This document shows positions 58,441 to 64,000 of a stretch of 64,000 bases of DNA, piece by piece. The stretch covers positions 218,240,001 to 218,304,000 of the forward strand of contig OZ024741.1 of the NCBI GenBank assembly GCA_964016885.1. Reading direction: 5' to 3'. Each line of letters opens with the position of its first letter. Within the stretch, counting starts at the first letter, position 1. The translations under genes and the position numbers were made by a program. This DNA comes from Eledone cirrhosa (taxonomy: Eukaryota). The notes below the pieces were generated by a model. The model worked only from the letters and a program-made list of their open reading frames with translations. It did no database searches and was not told the DNA's origin.

Positions 58441-58717
58441 TATCATCATCATCATCATCATCATCATAATCATCATCATCATCATGATTTTACGTCCGCT
58501 TTTCCCTGCTTGCAAGAGTGGGACGGGTCCTATTCAGCACATCATCTCTCCACTTGTTACAGTACTACGTCATCTCCTCCGTGAGTTTCAGCGATCTGAG
58601 GTCTGCTCTCACCACCTCCACCCATGTTTTTCGTGGCCTACCTCTACTGCGTCTTCCTTCTACTGGGACTTCTTGCCATTTCTTTACCCAACGGTCATCC
58701 TCCATGCGCATCACATT
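58441..58717 (-). mobile_element. RTE LINE 3' end with (ATG)n tail
   Basis: Minus strand VMRMEDDRWVKKWQEVPVEGRRSRGRPRKTWVEVVRADLRSLKLTEEM. Confidence 0.85.
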
Positions 58718-58847
58718 TTATATAGACGTGACTTCTACAGGACTAGAAGCAGAGAGAGAGTGAGAGAGAGAGAGAGAAAGAGGGGGGGCGGGGGTGCACA
58801 TACTTTCATACAAGTAGATAATCGTATTTATCACAGGTGAACAGTAT

Positions 58848-60400
58848 CATACACACGCATTGCTACTGATCTCTCATTATACACACATTGCTACTGATCT
58901 CTCTATATATATACACACATTGCTACTGATCTGTATATATATACACACATTGCTATTGATCTTTCTATATATACACACATTGTTATTGATCTCTATATAC
59001 ACACGTTCAAATCTTTTCTGACACATGTGTACGTGTGAGTATGTGTATATATTTATACACGCATGACTATATTTGCACATATGTGTGTGTGTATATGTAT
59101 GTGCTTGTGTCTGTATAATTTCAAATGTGAGTCGAGGTTGCCACATATATGTTCGTGTGTGTATGTGTGTGTCTGTGATTGTATACGTATCTGTGTGACT
59201 GTGTTTACACATATATATGCGTGTGTGTGTGTGTCTCTGTTTGTATACGTATCTGTGTGACTGTGTTTACACATATATATGCGTGTGTGTGTGTGTCTCT
59301 GTTTGTATACGTATCTGTGTGACTGTGTTTACACATATATGTGTGTGTGTGTATGCGTTTGTGTCTACATATGTACATGTGTGAGTTTATGTCTGTACAT
59401 ACGTGTGAGTGTGTGTCTGTATGTACCTCTATGTACATGTGTGATTCTGTGTTTACACATATATATATGCGTGTGTGTATATGCGTTTTTCTTTATATAC
59501 ATGCATGTGTGAGTTTATGTAAGTGTGTGTATGTGTAAGTATCAGTCGATACTGGCAGGCACATATGTGTGCATGTGTGCATGTGTGTATGTGTGTATGT
59601 GTGCATGTGTGCATGTGTGTATGTGTACATGTCCGCATGTGTGCATGTGTGCATGTGTGCATGTATGCATGTGTGCATGTGTGCATGTCTGCATGTGTGC
59701 ATGTGTACATGTGTGTATGTGTGTATGTGTGTATGTTTGCATGTGCGCATGTGCGCATGTGTGCATGTGTGTATGTGTGCATGTGTGCATGTGTGTATGT
59801 GTGCATGTCTGCATGTGTGCATGTGTGCATGTGTGCATGTGTGCATGTGTGTATGTGTGTATGTGTGCATGTCTGCATGTGTGCATGTGTGTATGTGTGT
59901 ATGTGTGCATGTCTGCATGTCTGCATGTGTGTATGTGTGTATGTGTGTATGTCTGCATGTGTGCATGTGTGTATATGTGTATGTGTGCATGTCTGCATGT
60001 CTGTATGTGTGTATGCGTGCATGTGAGTATGTATATATGTGTGCATGTGTGTATGTGCGTATGTGTGTATGTGTGTATGTGTGCATGTCTGCATGTGTGT
60101 ATGTGTGTATGTGTGTATGTGTGCATGTCTGCATGTGTGTATGTGTGTATGCGTGCATGTGAGTATGTGTGTATGTGTGTATGTGTGTATGTGCGTATGT
60201 GCGTATGTGTGTATGCGTGCATGTGTGCATGTGTGTATGTCTGCATGTATGTGTATGTGTGCATGTGTGCATGTGTGTATGTGTATATGTCTGCATGTGT
60301 GCATGTGCGTATGTGTGTATGCGTGTATGTGTGCATGTGTGTATGTGTGTATGCGTGCATGTGTATATGTGTGTATGTGTGTGCGCATGTGTGCACGTGT
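58848..60400. repeat. Short tandem repeats: ~30-bp unit, ~60-bp unit and 8-bp (GTGYATGT)n array
   Basis: Seen directly. The octamer array spans ~59565-60400. Confidence 0.9.
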
Positions 60401-60525
60401 GTTGTGTGTATGTGTTTGTGAAAATATTTATCTGTATACAAATGTGCAGCTGCACTCGACGAATCCGCAAACGAAGATAAAACATTAGCACAGTGTTTCC
60501 TCATTGCTCACGGAACCGTTGAAGC

Positions 60526-62452
60526 GTGTCGCCTGTTAAATATTACAGGAATGTGCTATTGACACGGTTGTTTTTACCCAGTGTCGCCTGCTAAATATTA
60601 CAGGAATGTGCTATTGACACGGTTGTTTTTACCCAGTGTCGTCTGCTAAATATTACAGGAAGGTGCTATTGACACGGTTGTTTTTACCCAGTGTCGTCTG
60701 CTAAATATTACAGGAAGGTGCTATTAACACGGTTGTTTTTACCCAGTGTCGTCTGCTAAATATTACAGGAATGTGCTATTAACACGGTTGTTTTTACACC
60801 AGTGTCGTCTGCTAAATATTACAGGAAGGTGCTATTAACACGGTTGTTTTACACCAGTGTCGTCTGCTAAATATTACAGGAATGTGCTATTAACACGGTT
60901 GTTTTTACACCAGTGTCGCCTGCTAAATATTACAGGAAGGTGCTATTAACACGGTTGTTTTTACACCAGTGTCGTCAGCTAAATATTACAGGAATGTGCT
61001 ATTAACACGGCTGTTTTTACACCAGTGTCGTCTGCTAAATATTGCAGGTAGGCGCTATTAACACGGTTGTTTTTACACCAGTGTCGTCTGCTAAATATTA
61101 CAGGAATGTGCGATTAACACGGTTGTTTTTACACCAGTGTCGTCTGCTAAATATTACAGGAAGGTGCGATTAACACGGTTGTTTTTACACCAGTGTCTGC
61201 TAAATATTGCAGGTAGGCGCTATTAACACGGTTGTTTTTACACCAGTGTCGTCTGTTAAATATTACAGGAAGGTGCTATTAACACGGTTGTTTTTACCCA
61301 GTGTCATCTGCTAAATATTAGACATGCGTTATTGACACAACTGGCTCTGTAGTTGTGTTGCCTGCTGAATACTACAGACAAGCATTATTGACACGGTTGT
61401 TTCCACACCAGTGTCGCCTGCTAAATATTGCAGTTAGGCGCTATTGACACAACTGTTTCTAAATCAGTGTCGTCTGCTAAATATTGGCACGACTCTTTCT
61501 ACATCAGTGTCGTCTGCTCAATATTACAGACAAGCGCTATTGACACAACTATCACTATAGTAGTATCGTTTCCTTTTTATCGTCGGCAGAAGTTATTGAC
61601 ACGGTTGTTTCTACATCAGTGTCGTCTGCTAAATATTGCAAGTAGGTGCTATTGACACGGCTGGTTCTACAATAGTGTCGTCTGTTAAATATTACAAGTA
61701 GGTGCTATTGACACGACTGTTTCTGCACGAGTGTCGTCTGCTAAATATTATAGACAGGCGCTATTGACACGACTTGTTCTACAACACTGTCGTCTGCTTA
61801 ATATTAGAGACATGCGTTATTGACACAACTAACACTATAGTAGTGTCGTCTGCTAAATATAGACAGGCGTTATTGACACAACTGTTTCTACATCAATGTT
61901 GTCTGCTAAATATTGCAAGTAGGTGCTATTGACACGGCTGTCTCCACATCAATGTTGTCTGTTAAATATTATAGACAGGCATTATTGACACAGCTGTTTA
62001 TATACCAGTGTCGTCTGTTAAATATTATAGATAGGCGTTATTGATACGACTGGCTGTATAGTAATGTCGTCTGTTAAATATTGTAAGTAGGTGCTATTGA
62101 CACGACTGTTTCTACACCGGTGTCGCCTGCTAAATATTACAGAAAGTCGTTATTGACACGGCTGTTTCTACACCAGTGTCGTCCGGTAAACATTGCAGGT
62201 AGGCGCTATTGACACAACTGTTTTAACATCAGTATCGTCTGCTAAATATTATAGACAGGGGTTATTGACACGACTGTTTCTACACCGGTGTCGCCTGCTA
62301 AATATTACAGAAAGACGTTATTGACACTGCTGCTTCTACACCGGTGTCGTCTACGTTTATTGCCGGCAGGCGTTATTGACACAGCTGTTTCTACAACATT
62401 GTCGTCTACTAAATATTACAGGAAGGCACTATTGACAGAACTGGTTCTACAA
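60526..62452. repeat. 55-56-bp minisatellite (GTGTCGTCTGCTAAATATTACAGGAAKGTGCTATTRACACGGTTGTTTTTACACCA)
   Basis: About 34 units, homogeneous to ~61320 and then diverged. Confidence 0.95.
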
Positions 62453-62717
62453 AATGGTTCACTCTCTCCCACTTGTCTCCCTTTTTTTTTCTATTGTCTG
62501 TCTTCCTTTTTTCTTCTGTCTGATTCTATTTTCTAATGAAAGACTAGCATCTTTTCAAACTTATCATAAATATTCTGCTAATATACCAATATTGTATTAT
62601 TGGCACTGTAATATTGCCACTGTTATTTTCGTGTCTTTTTGCTTATCGCTTTCATGTGCATACAGATATATATATTCAACTTATTTTTCCTATAAGTTTA
62701 AATATGTGTGATATATA

Positions 62718-63045
<328 letters not shown>

Positions 63046-63049
63046 TTGT

Positions 63050-63335
63050 TATTTTATTATATATACTTTATTGTTATTTATTAATGTTAAAGTTATATGA
63101 TTTTTATGATTTTCGAAGCAGAGTTTCCAATGATACGGACTCGGATAGTGTGGGGAGGGAGAGTTCTCTGGCGTTCGGGGGCCCAGGCGCGGACTGCCTC
63201 GTGGTCCCAGCGGACAGAATAGAGAAAGCGTTACCCCGGAGGATAACAAGGGAAACGCATTGGAATAGTCATTCTAACCCTCGGGGTTCGCTTCTGCCTG
63301 TGGTCAACTCTGCCTCGATAGTAGTGAAATCTTAT
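63050..63335 (-). mobile_element. CRE-like RLE retrotransposon 3' fragment
   Basis: Minus strand IEAELTTGRSEPRGLE*LFQCVSLVILRGNAFSILSAG. Confidence 0.75.
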
Positions 63336-63465
63336 TTATCATTGCTATAGTATAGATTTCTAGGTGTCCCCACTCGTGAACAACCGACATGACTGTCCAG
63401 GGGTAAAAAGTGATTCCCTTGTATTCAATTCTACAATTTTGAAACTCTGAGCTTGAGCTTTATTT

Positions 63466-63921
63466 ATGGTCACAGCAAAACTGGCTGTAACAGGTTCTGC
63501 TGCACATCGGGCTGAGGAGGCCAAACTCTTCAAATACTGGTCACTCTCCGACAGGTTTGCGGTTATACCTTTGGCAGTGGAGACTTCTGATGTCCTCAGC
63601 CCCAGGGCTACCTCCCTACTCACCACCATAGGCGCTGAGCTGGCCAGCCGCAGATGTGAGCCACGCGAGTTGCAGTGGCTTTTCCAGCGCGTTTCCCTTG
63701 CCGTCCTCCGAGGAGACGCCTTCTCTATTCTGTCCGTCGGGGCTGCGAGGAGGCCACCAATATGATTGACTGACTTGTCATTTTATCAGTCAGCCATTCA
63801 CCACAATTTGGACAGCTGAAGAATACTTATGTGTATGTGAATCTATTTACAAGGAACTGAAGACTTGAGAGTTTGAATATGTATGTTCGTGTGGTTTTAT
63901 AATTTCACAATTTTTTGCTAA
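63466..63921 (+). mobile_element. CRE-like RLE retrotransposon 3' fragment (endonuclease C-terminus plus 3' UTR)
   Basis: GSAAHRAEEAKLFKY..LSDRF.VIPLAVETS.VL...LFQRVSLAVLRGDAFSIL matches the CRE-clade AE..K..KY / P.AVET.G / QR.S.A..RGNA pattern. The 3' UTR runs into (AG)n. Confidence 0.8.
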
Positions 63922-64000
63922 TAGAGAGAGAGAGAGAGAGAGTCGGTTTCTAACATAGTTACAAGACTCTCTCATTGGATTTTACACAACATCAACTAGG

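Noticed and set aside
59453-60504. HTCT/CVCM repeat ORFs of ~300 aa
   Set aside because: Translation of an 8-bp tandem repeat, open in several frames

Overview
Repeat-saturated eukaryotic DNA with no host protein-coding exon that I can support. The SINE types, microsatellite density and retroelement mix suggest an animal, probably an octopus or other coleoid cephalopod (inference). A ~24 kb 10-bp satellite (GACWCACATA, ~16945-41235) with kb-scale higher-order duplications dominates, alongside many micro- and minisatellites. Between the arrays lie transposon fragments: a 5'-truncated Penelope-like element with Naiad-type motifs (RT YRDD, CxCx5C, GIY-YIG; the only long credible ORF), other Penelope termini, RTE, CRE-like, R4/Dong-like and Tx1/L1-like LINE ends, tRNA-derived SINEs, Tc1/mariner MITEs and a mariner 5' fragment. 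The most notable hidden signal is a set of self-cleaving RNA motifs: four recognisable type I hammerhead ribozymes, several decayed ones, and an HDV-like candidate at the 5' end of a ~610-bp internally deleted RTE derivative. Nearly all other ORFs in the track are artefacts of simple repeats. Family assignments come from motif recognition, not database searches.
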